Below are positions 20,366 through 31,915 of a DNA stretch of 64,000 nt, in pieces; within the stretch, counting starts at the first letter, position 1, and every line of letters starts with the position of its first letter. Origin of the DNA: a virus. The position numbers were made by a program, and so were the translations under genes. The stretch covers positions 19,455 to 83,454 of the IMG/VR virus record IMGVR_UViG_3300042502_000941; one strand, 5' to 3'. The notes beneath the pieces were generated by a model, which was not told the origin of the DNA, ran no database searches, and saw nothing but the letters and a program-made list of their open reading frames with translations.

Positions 20366-21064
20366 CTATGTATTCAATAAATAATAACCCAAACCATAAC
20401 TACCTTGGTTTTCTACAGTATCTTCATTATCCGTCGTAAATTCGTAACTATTAATAAAATAAGTTCCGCCTAATATCAAATTGTGATTGCCATCATCTAA
20501 TATGTTAGAAACGATGTCTCCTGATTGATTGTATATTACAACTGAATTTCTTTTAATGCCGTCGCCAGTTTGTGGAACTGATAATCTATACAACGAAAAA
20601 TCATTAGTCAAATCCAATTTAGTACGTTGGTGATCGTAATCGTCAAATCCAAATATATTGTAACTATTGTTGTAATTATTATAATACATTTTATTTACAG
20701 TATTATAAACTTGACCTTTATACGTCCCATTAACATTTACAGGATTAACCGTTGGATTCCAATTAACACTTGATGATGGATAAAAAACAGAACTTGAATT
20801 TACATATTTACCCACTGAAAAATCAATTTGTGAGGATTCCTCAAATTGTGTAATTGCTAAATATGCAGTATTTGATGAAATCTCTTCACAACTTCCTGAT
20901 TTATTATTGTCGCACGCAATATAAGACAATTGTATAGGAAATATACTATCGTCGATACCATCTATACCAGAAAGAAGATTATTTAAAACGTTATTAAACG
21001 TCTTTTCCTTAGAAACAGTAAATCTGGTTACTAGTACGTCTTGTGTTTTAAAAAATTTGATCAT
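20366..21064 (-). CDS. Putative baseplate/tail structural protein
   Basis: Located in the structural block; ILDDGNHNL motif. Confidence 0.6.
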   Translation of the reverse strand: MIKFFKTQDVLVTRFTVSKEKTFNNVLNNLLSGIDGIDDSIFPIQLSYIACDNNKSGSCEEISSNTAYLAITQFEESSQIDFSVGKYVNSSSVFYPSSSVNWNPTVNPVNVNGTYKGQVYNTVNKMYYNNYNNSYNIFGFDDYDHQRTKLDLTNDFSLYRLSVPQTGDGIKRNSVVIYNQSGDIVSNILDDGNHNLILGGTYFINSYEFTTDNEDTVENQGSYGLGYYLLNT

Positions 21065-21100
21065 TCTATTATAAATAGAATAAAAACAAACTATTATATA

Positions 21101-22219
21101 TTAGAAATCAATCCGCACCTTAATCAATAATTCGTTGTCAAAAGATTTCATTGTAGGTTGACTAATTTTACCAATTGCCAATAGTTCATTATTATCATTA
21201 TACAAACCGACCGAGGTAATATAGGTTCTTGGATTATTAATCAAATCTTGATAAATAATAGTTCCTTTAGTCAAACCATCTGTTCCATCGGAAACAAAAG
21301 TTGGATTGTTGCTATAATTAAATTCTTTATTTTTTACACGGATAAAGTAATTTGTAGACGGTACAAATTCAGACTTTCTGACTCCCATCGTTGATTTGGA
21401 TCTTCTAAGAGCATTATAAAAATCTCTTGTCCATACTTTCCAATATCCACTTCGATTTGTAGAAGTTACGTTATTAGAATAATTAGCTCTATTTAAAATT
21501 TGTTGTCCTGCTGTAATACCAACGTGTTTGTCTAAATTTATTGCGTTAAATACGATGGTGCCGTTTGATGGATATACCAAACCTATACCGGCATAAACCG
21601 GCGATCCATTTTTCAAATAAGGCGTAGCAATGCCGTTTACAATGGAACCTGAAATTAAGTTATATGAAGTTTGTTGTTTATTCACTACCTGTGAATCGTC
21701 AATAAATGTGAATTTCTTAGGACCAACTGAACCACTAAAAGAAATCTGTATTTGCCCCGCGTCTATTTGATCTTTAAATTTGTCAGCTGCATAATTTATT
21801 ACATAAATAGCTGCACTGTCAACTATATTATCTACACTTCCAGATGCAAAACTGAATAAAGTATCGCCTGGTTGTAAAAGGGTATTTCTATATTGAGAAT
21901 AGATAACTTTCGTTTCATTTGTCAATACGGGGGTTGAATAAGTGGTCACATCGAATCGTGAACTACCACTGTTTGCATAATCGCCATATGCTACATCAAA
22001 ATATAAATCTCCGCCTGAGTAAATATCAAGATAATATTGACCATTTCTCACATCATATGGACTAGAACCAGTAAGTTGATTAGCTTGACCAGTAACACCT
22101 GATTGTGTTACAAAGGTAGATTGACTAACAAATAAACTACCAGTTCCAAATAAACCGGAAGATACTTGATTTATTCTACCGACTACAATGTCGTCATTAT
22201 TAAATGTACTAAATATCAT
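21101..22219 (-). CDS. Putative baseplate/tail-collar structural protein
   Basis: C-terminal TYITSVGLYNDNNELLAIGKISQP, paralogous to the C-terminus of 17788..20364. Confidence 0.7.
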   Translation of the reverse strand: MIFSTFNNDDIVVGRINQVSSGLFGTGSLFVSQSTFVTQSGVTGQANQLTGSSPYDVRNGQYYLDIYSGGDLYFDVAYGDYANSGSSRFDVTTYSTPVLTNETKVIYSQYRNTLLQPGDTLFSFASGSVDNIVDSAAIYVINYAADKFKDQIDAGQIQISFSGSVGPKKFTFIDDSQVVNKQQTSYNLISGSIVNGIATPYLKNGSPVYAGIGLVYPSNGTIVFNAINLDKHVGITAGQQILNRANYSNNVTSTNRSGYWKVWTRDFYNALRRSKSTMGVRKSEFVPSTNYFIRVKNKEFNYSNNPTFVSDGTDGLTKGTIIYQDLINNPRTYITSVGLYNDNNELLAIGKISQPTMKSFDNELLIKVRIDF

Positions 22220-22221
22220 AA

Positions 22222-22863
22222 TTATGTTGTTGTTGGAACTTTAACTGTCACTGTAATGGATGTATTACCACCACTTTCATTGCCAATAATTGTAATATTA
22301 GTGGTTGTTGTTTTAGACAAACCAGCGTTTGGTACAAATCTGAATTTATTACCAATTACTACTTGCGAAGTTTGTGAAGTTAAATCTCCTGAAAAAGTAG
22401 GAACTGTAGCACTGGTCGAATTCAAACTATTTGTTTCGGTCACAATCAATGTCCCAACATTTTTATTTGCCAAAATCGATGTGTATCCAAGCGTAACATT
22501 GTAAGTTGGGTTTGTACTAGGACTAATTAAAATTTCCCCCGTGTAATCTCTATCTACAGTAATTACACTTTGAGCTACACTTATAGTTGGTACAGATGTT
22601 ATTCCGTCATTCAAAGTCACTAACTTATATTTCATTGACTGTGATTCATCGGTAATCGGTTCCATAATAGGAGTGTTACGAATAGCTATATCGTAATACG
22701 CGCTACCCAATGGATGATTTGGATTAAACTGGGTGTAATCAATTTCATCGTCAGCCAAAGCGAACGCTGTAATGTTTAACCCACCCGTTTTTGCAAGAAT
22801 TTCTCTTCCTTTTTTAGTCAATACAGCATTCACTGTAAGAATGTTGTTATTTAAATATGCCAT
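22222..22863 (-). CDS. Putative baseplate/tail-collar structural protein
   Basis: AVLTKKGREILA...ITAFALADDEIDY resembles the N-terminus of tail-collar (DUF3751-like) proteins. Confidence 0.7.
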   Translation of the reverse strand: MAYLNNNILTVNAVLTKKGREILAKTGGLNITAFALADDEIDYTQFNPNHPLGSAYYDIAIRNTPIMEPITDESQSMKYKLVTLNDGITSVPTISVAQSVITVDRDYTGEILISPSTNPTYNVTLGYTSILANKNVGTLIVTETNSLNSTSATVPTFSGDLTSQTSQVVIGNKFRFVPNAGLSKTTTTNITIIGNESGGNTSITVTVKVPTTT

Positions 22864-22909
22864 ATATAATAATTATTGATAAGTTTTAATTTTTACTCAA
22901 AAATGTGAA

Positions 22910-25900
22910 TTATAAATTCATTATGTATCTTTCCAAACTCGCGCTGGTTAGTAAAGAAGCGGTTAATGGTAATTGTATGAATAATGAGTCAGTACTACTA
23001 ATTGAGCCAGTTGTATCACCATATGAAGGAGCATTATTGGTTTCGATATTCAAACTTAAAAATCCTGGTATGGTAATAACAGGCGAACTTCCATTTGTAA
23101 CGCCTTTTCTATTTACAGTACTGTTCTTATCATTTTTACCTTTAATATAAGTATAATATGCAATATCGCCTTTTGTATTCAACTTCAATCCACTCAAAAG
23201 TTGCGTCTTAGAACCACTTACCGCTTGATATTTGGTTCGACTTCCAACAAATGTAAACTTACTTAAATGTCTATTAGAATATCCTGTATTAAATACGCCT
23301 TTATAGTAGTTTTTCAGGTACTTACTTCCGGTAACTTGAACATTAAATCCTATATAATCCGACGTGCCGGATGTGCCGGATGTGCCGGATGTACCGGATG
23401 TACCGGATGTACCGGACGTACCTGAGATGCCGGATGTACCTGAGATGCCAGATGAACCTACAGAATATCCCGACCCAGAACCAATAACTTGAACTTCGTC
23501 AAATGAAGAAGTAAATGTTACTAAAAATCCATCATTATTAACAGATTGATAATAATCTTTTTTGCCTACATTAACTGTGTCTCGTACATTATATCCATTT
23601 GAATCAATATATACATATTTTCCATACTTTGCATAAATAAAATCACGGTCGTCGATTGTGTCTTTAATTTCTAGACGAGAGTAATTATAAGTATTTTCAT
23701 CTCTGGTAATATTATTAACGTTAGAACTAGTTACTATAGCGAAGTTTGCAATATCAACCGTATTTAATAAAGAAGATGTAAATGTTGTCTTGTTATTAAA
23801 GTATATGTCAAATTCGTTATTTGTTAAAAATTCCACATCTCTGTAGTTAAACTTTTTACGTTCAAACAAGCTTGGTTCTAATACAAGGCCTGTCAATAAA
23901 TTAGATCTAGACGGTTTTAAATTTTTTACAACATCAAATATAGAAAAATCAATGTAGAATTTATATGTACTATAAAATTCTTGTGGGTATATATATTTTT
24001 CATTTATTTCGCCGAATTCACGTTGTAATTTAGTCAATCCATCATAATTTTGTTTGTTTAAATTTTGAGGTTCACCTATAATATCGGCTATACCATCCAA
24101 ACCTATAAAATTCTCTATTTTTTGATTTAAATAGTTATATGGACTTATAAAAAATCCTGATAAGATAGAATCGTCACCTAAACTGTCTTGAATTCTCGTC
24201 GAATAATCATACGGCGTTAAATTAGACAAAGCTGTTTCGGTTATTTTGTTTATTTTACCATTAATTTTGAAATTTGGTCCAAAGTTATTGGTGTTTATAG
24301 TTTGTTTAAGATCGATTTTATCAAATTGATATGGGAACTGAGTAATCATTACATTCGAACAAGTTGGATAGCTATAATACTTTTCTGTTTGTCCAAAATT
24401 ATAAGCAAAGAATTGCGTATTATAATAAATATTTTGATTATGTACGGTTGTACTAATCGATGTAGATGAATACAAATCTACAGGCGTGTCGAAACTCCAT
24501 AAATAAAACAAATTAGAATAAACATTTTCTTTATTTGGTATTGATATCGAATCTAAATTATAAGAATGTTCATCGAAATATTCATTATTAAGTGGTTCTT
24601 TTAAAATTTTGATTTTATCCAAATTTCCTATAAAAGAAACAGAAGACGAATAATTACCTATATAATAACTACCCGATGAAAACTTCTTGTTTGTATTATA
24701 ATTTATAAGTTTACGCTTTGTTGATGAGAAATTCTTAACGCTTCCATCATATTGATTAATGGATAGACTGTATATGTATGGAATAAATTCATTTGTCGAA
24801 TTAATAAAATAAGAAGCTGTTAATATTGTTTTTTGAGATGCTAATGTGACATAATCGCCATCGTCTTCTATCACAAAATCACCGTCGTCTTCTATAATAA
24901 AAGGAGTATCTTCATTAGTGGTTTTAATTGAACGAACCCGCAACTTATCGAAATCTCCAAGAACAGGCTCACGCTTTAACATAGCAGTGAAAATGCCGCC
25001 GTTTAATAATGGTATTTCATTTAATATCAAACTAGACGTGGTGTTACCCAATTCATATGGATGTATTTCAAATACTAATTGACCACTGTTAACTTGCTTT
25101 GATTTTTTTATAAATAAATTCCAATCAGACTTTTTATTTCTATATTTCGACATCAATTGTATCTTGTCGTCGAAGTTATAATTAGTCGATTTAAATCTAA
25201 AAGAAAATTCAATTGTAGATATACCATTAAATTTTGATGTGTATTCGGTGCTACTGGTGAATGTATTAATATTGGATCCAGATGCGTAGTAGCTACTAGT
25301 GGTATAAATAAAATCACTACTAGTATGTTGAAAATTCAAGAAATTATTTTCCTTGAAATCTGTCATATAAATAATATCATCGTATACGAAGTAATTATCA
25401 CGATTGGAAAAAGCGTCAGCACTTCCATACTCTCTGGTAGATATTAATCCAGATGGAATGCCAAACATAGTACGTATCATTTCAAATGAATTGATAGTAC
25501 CCTTGGATTTATATACAGATGAAATGTTATTTGCAAATCGATTTAAAATTGATTTTGTATAATCGAAATAAGAAGCGGAGTTGTAACCTGAAATTTCTTG
25601 ATTATTTAAATATAATTGATTTAAATCACTTTGAGAAAATTTGTCAATGTCAACGTTCCAATTAAAACTGTTCAATAATTCATCTATATAATTCTTTGGA
25701 TAGTAACTTGAATCATTGTTAGAAATAGGATATGTTTTAGGAAACTTCTTGATAAAGACTAATATATTATCAAAAAAATGTCCGGTCATTGCGGTGAATT
25801 TTATGTAATCCGCTGAATCGGAGTCATCCTTTACATATTCAGGAAGTTGATATACCAAACTATTATAGTTATCCGAATCATATGTAATAGCCTCATCGAT

Positions 25901-27556
25901 TTTGTTGTCTATACTGGATGAATTAAAAAACAAATAGGATTCGTATTCATCAAATGTATCCAGCAATGTGATTTGTTGAGATGTCTTCTGATTAACCAAC
26001 TGACTATAAGAAGATGAAATTGTCGCACTTGTATTTGTTGCGGAATTAATAGTCGATTTCTTAACGGACTCAAGTTGATTATAATCTTTGATTTTATTCT
26101 TAGCAATTTTAGTACGTAATTCAGCTGATGAATAATTAATAAAATTGTTGAAATCTGTATAATCTATATACAAATCATTATACTTTTCTTTTAATCTTAC
26201 TGTTGCTTTGTCCAGAGTAAACGCGTCATTACTTTGATATCTTTCTGTAGATGGATGCGACGTATTAACTTGAACATCAAAATTTATATCGTTTAAAAAT
26301 ACTTTTCTTGATATCTTCGAAGTAAATAAGTTAACTTTAAAATAAATTGGAGCAATTGATATGTTTGATATCCAACATGTCGATTTTATATTATATTGTA
26401 AAGGTAATGGAGCATCTAATTTTACTTGTATGTTAAAAGTATCATCTATTGAATTTAAATAATTTGTATGATCTAGAATTTTTATTAAATTTCCATTGTC
26501 AAAATTCAATGCGTTCTTATAATAACCATAATATTTTGTTCTATAATTTTCTAATAAATTAGTTACATTCGGCAATATCCAATCGGTATAAATCGTTTGT
26601 TCAAATAATCCCAATATATTTTGTAAATCGATATCATTTATAGAACTTTTTTGTAATACTCTATCTTGTGATACTTTTAATGTGATGATTCTGAAAGACT
26701 CTAATATTTCTTGATTGGTAAATTCTACATTGTTATATGTGTATATAAAATTGTTAATTTGTTCCTGTACACCTGAAAATTTACTTGTCTGTAAAATCGT
26801 AGTATCAGTATCACTATTTAATTTAATTACAGAATTATATCCAACGTATGTTGATGTTATAAATTCCTGCAATTCAGCTTCACTTTTTAGACCTAACTTC
26901 AAACAAATATCTGTATAATTATACTTATTTTTATTTAACAGAAAGTCTTGTTCGATTGGATTGTTTTTAATAATATCAATTAAATCTTGATATATTCTCA
27001 ATAACAAATATTTTTTATCAGCAAATGATCTTATCTTAACCGCATCTAACCTAGATGATTCATTTTTAGTTGTGTCAAATGCATAAGATAACCGTATTTC
27101 AGTTCTACTTGGAGATATCTCTTTTATAACCAATTTATTTGTCGGATTGCCGGCTATATTTCTAACTGGATTATACAACAAGTAATACAAACCTGGACCA
27201 ACTCCACTAGCATTTAAATCAAATTGTGGGTGTAATAAAATATCATTTTTGTGAGATACAATATTTGTAAATGGATTTGCGAATTGATACGATCTCAACT
27301 CATTATTTATATCTCTATAACTTCCTTGTAATATGGAATATGTAACGGATGGAATTACTCTGTTAAAACTTACAAGTTGTTGATTATTATTATAAAGAGT
27401 AAATTCAAACAAGTCGTCGTCGGATTCTCCATAAAATACATCATTACTTACAACTTGTTGTTCGTACAAAGACTGCAAATTGGCATTGAAATAAGATGCA
27501 CTTGTAATACCCTTATTCAAATCATTATCGTTTATTGTCAAATAGTCGTAAGGCAT
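22910..27556 (-). CDS. Large baseplate-associated structural protein (1548 aa)
   Basis: Structural context; EISPSRTEIRL and YKSKGT...IRTMFGIP motifs; G-T/I-S repeat. Confidence 0.7.
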   Translation of the reverse strand: MPYDYLTINDNDLNKGITSASYFNANLQSLYEQQVVSNDVFYGESDDDLFEFTLYNNNQQLVSFNRVIPSVTYSILQGSYRDINNELRSYQFANPFTNIVSHKNDILLHPQFDLNASGVGPGLYYLLYNPVRNIAGNPTNKLVIKEISPSRTEIRLSYAFDTTKNESSRLDAVKIRSFADKKYLLLRIYQDLIDIIKNNPIEQDFLLNKNKYNYTDICLKLGLKSEAELQEFITSTYVGYNSVIKLNSDTDTTILQTSKFSGVQEQINNFIYTYNNVEFTNQEILESFRIITLKVSQDRVLQKSSINDIDLQNILGLFEQTIYTDWILPNVTNLLENYRTKYYGYYKNALNFDNGNLIKILDHTNYLNSIDDTFNIQVKLDAPLPLQYNIKSTCWISNISIAPIYFKVNLFTSKISRKVFLNDINFDVQVNTSHPSTERYQSNDAFTLDKATVRLKEKYNDLYIDYTDFNNFINYSSAELRTKIAKNKIKDYNQLESVKKSTINSATNTSATISSSYSQLVNQKTSQQITLLDTFDEYESYLFFNSSSIDNKIDEAITYDSDNYNSLVYQLPEYVKDDSDSADYIKFTAMTGHFFDNILVFIKKFPKTYPISNNDSSYYPKNYIDELLNSFNWNVDIDKFSQSDLNQLYLNNQEISGYNSASYFDYTKSILNRFANNISSVYKSKGTINSFEMIRTMFGIPSGLISTREYGSADAFSNRDNYFVYDDIIYMTDFKENNFLNFQHTSSDFIYTTSSYYASGSNINTFTSSTEYTSKFNGISTIEFSFRFKSTNYNFDDKIQLMSKYRNKKSDWNLFIKKSKQVNSGQLVFEIHPYELGNTTSSLILNEIPLLNGGIFTAMLKREPVLGDFDKLRVRSIKTTNEDTPFIIEDDGDFVIEDDGDYVTLASQKTILTASYFINSTNEFIPYIYSLSINQYDGSVKNFSSTKRKLINYNTNKKFSSGSYYIGNYSSSVSFIGNLDKIKILKEPLNNEYFDEHSYNLDSISIPNKENVYSNLFYLWSFDTPVDLYSSTSISTTVHNQNIYYNTQFFAYNFGQTEKYYSYPTCSNVMITQFPYQFDKIDLKQTINTNNFGPNFKINGKINKITETALSNLTPYDYSTRIQDSLGDDSILSGFFISPYNYLNQKIENFIGLDGIADIIGEPQNLNKQNYDGLTKLQREFGEINEKYIYPQEFYSTYKFYIDFSIFDVVKNLKPSRSNLLTGLVLEPSLFERKKFNYRDVEFLTNNEFDIYFNNKTTFTSSLLNTVDIANFAIVTSSNVNNITRDENTYNYSRLEIKDTIDDRDFIYAKYGKYVYIDSNGYNVRDTVNVGKKDYYQSVNNDGFLVTFTSSFDEVQVIGSGSGYSVGSSGISGTSGISGTSGTSGTSGTSGTSGTSGTSDYIGFNVQVTGSKYLKNYYKGVFNTGYSNRHLSKFTFVGSRTKYQAVSGSKTQLLSGLKLNTKGDIAYYTYIKGKNDKNSTVNRKGVTNGSSPVITIPGFLSLNIETNNAPSYGDTTGSISSTDSLFIQLPLTASLLTSASLERYIMNL
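23361..23459 (-). repeat. 9-bp tandem repeat encoding GSSGISGTSGISGTS(GTS)n
   Basis: Repeated ccggatgta / ccggatgtg units. Confidence 0.9.
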
Positions 27557-27557
27557 A

Positions 27558-28034
27558 TTAAGAAGTTAATGGTAAAAATGGATAGTCGTCGCCAAAATCG
27601 GAAAGTACAGTTCCTTGTCCCAATTTGATTCGCAAACCAATAATTTCGTTTTTCATAGCCGCAATAACTTGTTTGTCATCGTTATTTTCATATTTTTCCA
27701 CCAAGCTATTTACCGTTTGATTTAAGATTCTATTTTCTTCGATCAGATTATTATATTGAATTATAACATCTGTCAAATTTCTCTTTTCTTCGACAGCGGT
27801 TGTTTGTAATTCAGTGAATTCTACTGTCGATGTATCGGCAATTTTGTTTTCATTATATAAAAAACTTTTAATTGGCAATTTAATATAATTAAATTTACCA
27901 TCAAATGATTGTGATATATTGTAAACTAATTGGTCATTTCCAAAATTATCAAAGTTATTTTGAAATGTACCGAAGTCTTTAAATGTTTGTATATCACTTA
28001 ATGATACGTTATATACTAATGGTATATTTGCCAT
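27558..28034 (-). CDS. Hypothetical coiled-coil protein
   Basis: 158-aa ORF in the structural operon. Confidence 0.7.
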   Translation of the reverse strand: MANIPLVYNVSLSDIQTFKDFGTFQNNFDNFGNDQLVYNISQSFDGKFNYIKLPIKSFLYNENKIADTSTVEFTELQTTAVEEKRNLTDVIIQYNNLIEENRILNQTVNSLVEKYENNDDKQVIAAMKNEIIGLRIKLGQGTVLSDFGDDYPFLPLTS

Positions 28035-28035
28035 A

Positions 28036-29928
28036 CTAACGAGTTATTTTAAATATTTTCCCAGTATCAACGATGTCAACTGTTCCATCTTTGTACTCTA
28101 CCTTAATAAATACTGTTAAATAACGTTCTTGCGGTAATCCGCTAGTATTTAATTTAAAATAATTACCATATGAAGCATCGCAACTTAATTTAGTATAATC
28201 GTCAAAATTAATTAAAACCTCTTCGGATTCAGCATCTTTTACCATATAATAGGAAGAAGTTGGTAAATACTTAGGAGTGACCATCGCGGGTTGTTGATAT
28301 GATTTATTAAATGTCTTTAAAGGATATTTATCTCTTGCAAAAACAAATATTTTAGCAACACTACCAGCTTTATATGCACTGTTTAATGACTGCAAGGTAA
28401 TTAGATTTTGTATAGAAGATGACACCGGTTTTAAACTGCCTGTGCTAAATACAGTATCATTCCATCCGACATCGATATATGGACTATAAATAGTATTGGT
28501 ATCTTTACTGAAGAACTGTAACAATCCATTGGTTGGTTGAAGAGGAGGCGTACTTATTTCAAATGAACTCAATAACATAAGTCCCTGATTTGGAATACAA
28601 CCACATAGCCAAGAACGGACAATCTGTGTTATATCCATTGATATATCACTTTGATTACCATAACTGAATGACTGACTACAAATCAATCCGTTGTTGACCA
28701 ATGATGGAAACGAAGTGGAGTTGCAAATCCATTTTGGTTTGTTTGTATAAGAAGTTGGAACTTTATAATACCAAGTACCGCCTTGATTTTGAAAACTAGC
28801 ACTTGAATATGAAGATGTTAATAGATAATTTACTTGTTGATAACTATTTGTTATTTTATTACCATACCATAAATTACTACCTGAGTAACTTCTATTGTTC
28901 CAAGTAGCTCCTAGTTGAGAACCATCGTCTGCATATCTACCGTTTCCATTTTCCCAACTTTGACTTATTGGATAAGCATATATAGAGTAATTTAGCGGAA
29001 GATTTCTCATACCGCATGCTTTTAAATTGAGTGTAAATTTTAACTTTGAACTGCTAATTTCATTCGTAGAAATAGACTGACTTAATGTGTTTAAGTCAAA
29101 CTTAATTAATGTTCTACTAAACTCTGGATAGTTTAAGTATATAGCTGTCGAAGGAGCTTTAAAAGACCCACTATATTTACCTTTGAAATAACCGGCAAAA
29201 TTTGTGACATCTGTGTAATACAATTTACTGGAAGTTAAAGTTTCTATATACAACTTAGAATTAGAACCACTAAAACTTCCTGTAAATGATCCTGAATTAA
29301 AAGCTCTTACCGGCGAATAAAAACTGGAGCTACACGGTATGCCTGTGTTTGATTTTCCTAATAGTTTCCCTCTTAAATTTTTAAAGCTTCCTGTACCTGT
29401 CAAAGACGAAGTTAATGGACTTGTTGTATATGTCCGTTTGTTTACTTTTAATTTTGTAAAAAAACTACCAACTCTCACAGAGCCAGAAAAACTACCTGTA
29501 CTCCAACTTCCTGTAAAGAATGAGTAACTAGTTATATTCATACTACCTGAAAATGATCCGGATGCATAATTTGCCGATCCAGAAATATAAAGTGGTTTTT
29601 TTGGGTTAGTAGTTACATTAGATAATCTACCTGTAAAATTAGCAATAAATGATGTATTTGGTATTACAGAAGATGTAAGATTAAAAGCATACCACTTACT
29701 ACCAGAATAAATGAACAGTGAAGACGTGGTGTATGACAACCATCCATTATTACCATATGAAGAGGCGGTAAGAGGTGCAGTGTGCCAATTTGGATCTGTG
29801 TACACAGTTTTTTTGCCTGTGTTCGACGCATATACTTCTAACACCTCGTCTATTCCAAAATTTTTGTTTTGGAATTTGTTGGAATTGTTAATATAAGTGT
29901 CTTGAGATGGATAAATGAAAATATGCAT
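28036..29928 (-). CDS. Structural protein (DNRLRE-like beta-sandwich) with a GSF-rich insert
   Basis: PSQDTYI...NFGIDEVLEV, SRTLIKFDL, YPISQSWENGNG; GSFSGS repeats. Confidence 0.6.
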   Translation of the reverse strand: MHIFIYPSQDTYINNSNKFQNKNFGIDEVLEVYASNTGKKTVYTDPNWHTAPLTASSYGNNGWLSYTTSSLFIYSGSKWYAFNLTSSVIPNTSFIANFTGRLSNVTTNPKKPLYISGSANYASGSFSGSMNITSYSFFTGSWSTGSFSGSVRVGSFFTKLKVNKRTYTTSPLTSSLTGTGSFKNLRGKLLGKSNTGIPCSSSFYSPVRAFNSGSFTGSFSGSNSKLYIETLTSSKLYYTDVTNFAGYFKGKYSGSFKAPSTAIYLNYPEFSRTLIKFDLNTLSQSISTNEISSSKLKFTLNLKACGMRNLPLNYSIYAYPISQSWENGNGRYADDGSQLGATWNNRSYSGSNLWYGNKITNSYQQVNYLLTSSYSSASFQNQGGTWYYKVPTSYTNKPKWICNSTSFPSLVNNGLICSQSFSYGNQSDISMDITQIVRSWLCGCIPNQGLMLLSSFEISTPPLQPTNGLLQFFSKDTNTIYSPYIDVGWNDTVFSTGSLKPVSSSIQNLITLQSLNSAYKAGSVAKIFVFARDKYPLKTFNKSYQQPAMVTPKYLPTSSYYMVKDAESEEVLINFDDYTKLSCDASYGNYFKLNTSGLPQERYLTVFIKVEYKDGTVDIVDTGKIFKITR

Positions 29929-29929
29929 A

Positions 29930-31915
29930 TTATACTACCAATCCTTTTATATCGTTGTCGGGATATTTAATTTCAAATACTGATGGGTCTTTTGATGGAT
30001 AGAGAATATTATTTTGTGTAGCAATACTTACATTATATGCTATAGGTGAATAATTACCATCATCAATTGTTAAATTCTTAATCTTCAACTCAATTACAGA
30101 TTGGACCCCTTCGTTTTTCATTATTTCAAAATTGAGTTGACTGAGATTTATCGGTTGGTTAAAACTAATATTATCAATATTCAAATAGTTTTTTACAGAT
30201 TGAATACAATTGTTTAATACATCTCGTTTATTAAAGCCAGTGAATACTGTAATTTTAAAATCGAATCCTAAATTGATAATATAACCATCAATAATATTGA
30301 TTTTGTCCGTGAGTATTTTGAAATTATTTAGATAACTTATTAAATTTTGTAACGTAGCTGGATTCAATGTTGTCAAATTTTTATTAACATCATACCCTAA
30401 CAAATAAAGATTGTTTGTAAATGGATTACTCGATTCCAAAAACTTTCTTCTATCTAGTGGATTTAATGGATTTAAATCTAATGTTTCATTTCCGTCTTCG
30501 GTTATTACGCCTTTTATTAATTGGTTATATTGAACTCGTCTATTTGAATTGCTTTCAACATATGCTTTTGAAATATTACCTAAATAAGATGGCAATGAAT
30601 ATACTCTTAGTAGAATATCATCGGAAGTAACCATTCTATTTTGAGCGGAAAAGTTTAATATAGCATTTTGTCGTATTTCCTCATTTGTATCCGCGTCATT
30701 ACCACCAGTTGATGAAAGTGGATTATTTACTCTCAATGAATTTTTAAAATTGTTTAATAGAATCACTTCGCTATCAGTTAAACTGGTCACGTCATTTAAA
30801 TAATCCGTACTAGCAATCTTATTTATTTCATCGGAATTTACATTTGAATCTAAACCACCACCAACAACATAATTAACTGTCAATGTTGTATTTGATGGAG
30901 ACACACCGTATGAATTGGCCTTTAATACATTTGTACCGTCTAAAGATATATTTAGATTCTTTAAATTGGATAAAGCTACACCAACATTAGTTGGATTTGG
31001 TATAATAACTGTATTTTCGTAATTTTCTGTATTCGCCCCAAATTGAATATAAGTAAAATTATTCTGATCTACCGTTGTAATAAATCTACGTTCGGTTCTT
31101 AGATACTTTAAAATCTTAGGAGTTTCATTTCTATATGGTGATAACGTTTGATTGGTAAGAGGTACATTATCAATCAATAGTGGAATTGTATCTTGTGCTA
31201 GATACTGTGTTTCATAGTAATTGTTGCCATTAGAATCCACCACACTTATTATTTTAACCACATTAGTTTCATCTAACTTTATTTTTAAAAATGATTGTGG
31301 ATCGCCAACACTAAATGTTTTTGTTGTTATTCTACCAGAATAACATTGTGTGGATTTCTTTATCAGGTAAAATAATGGTGCTCCTGTATTATCACGATTG
31401 TAAACACTTATTTGTCTTGGTGAAAATAAAGTATCTTGACTAAAATCTACACTTTCTTCGACTATAAATGACACACCTGATACACTAGATAGTTGTGTAT
31501 ATGGTTTTAAAATCAAACAGTATCGTTCATCAGGTACATATTCGCCATTAACGCCCGAAGTACGTGTCGCGGGCAACAATTGAAACAATTCTACATTAGT
31601 GGATGATACCGAAGATACCTTTGGTTTATATCCCAAAAATTGAGCTTGGTTTATAATATTTTTACGTTCACCCGCGAATTGAATAAAACTTTCTTTAAAT
31701 TGATAATCAGTGTAATATGACAATACATCTCCCACAAAAGACGCTTGTTCGATAAAGATTTGGCCTGGTGAACTTTCACTAAAATCTTTATAACTTTGTG
31801 GATAATACTGTTTAGTGAAATCAATTAGTTGTTGTTTTAAAGAAGTAAAATCACGATTTAAATACAAAACGTCTTTTGTATTAGCCTTGAAGGTTTTGTT
31901 AATTAATTGTTGCAT
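29930..31915 (-). CDS. Baseplate wedge subunit (gp6/baseplate J-like)
   Basis: YLNRDFTSLKQQL, DFSESSPG, VGDVLSYY, GGNDADTNEEIRQNA, QNRMVTSDD. Confidence 0.88.
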   Translation of the reverse strand: MQQLINKTFKANTKDVLYLNRDFTSLKQQLIDFTKQYYPQSYKDFSESSPGQIFIEQASFVGDVLSYYTDYQFKESFIQFAGERKNIINQAQFLGYKPKVSSVSSTNVELFQLLPATRTSGVNGEYVPDERYCLILKPYTQLSSVSGVSFIVEESVDFSQDTLFSPRQISVYNRDNTGAPLFYLIKKSTQCYSGRITTKTFSVGDPQSFLKIKLDETNVVKIISVVDSNGNNYYETQYLAQDTIPLLIDNVPLTNQTLSPYRNETPKILKYLRTERRFITTVDQNNFTYIQFGANTENYENTVIIPNPTNVGVALSNLKNLNISLDGTNVLKANSYGVSPSNTTLTVNYVVGGGLDSNVNSDEINKIASTDYLNDVTSLTDSEVILLNNFKNSLRVNNPLSSTGGNDADTNEEIRQNAILNFSAQNRMVTSDDILLRVYSLPSYLGNISKAYVESNSNRRVQYNQLIKGVITEDGNETLDLNPLNPLDRRKFLESSNPFTNNLYLLGYDVNKNLTTLNPATLQNLISYLNNFKILTDKINIIDGYIINLGFDFKITVFTGFNKRDVLNNCIQSVKNYLNIDNISFNQPINLSQLNFEIMKNEGVQSVIELKIKNLTIDDGNYSPIAYNVSIATQNNILYPSKDPSVFEIKYPDNDIKGLVV

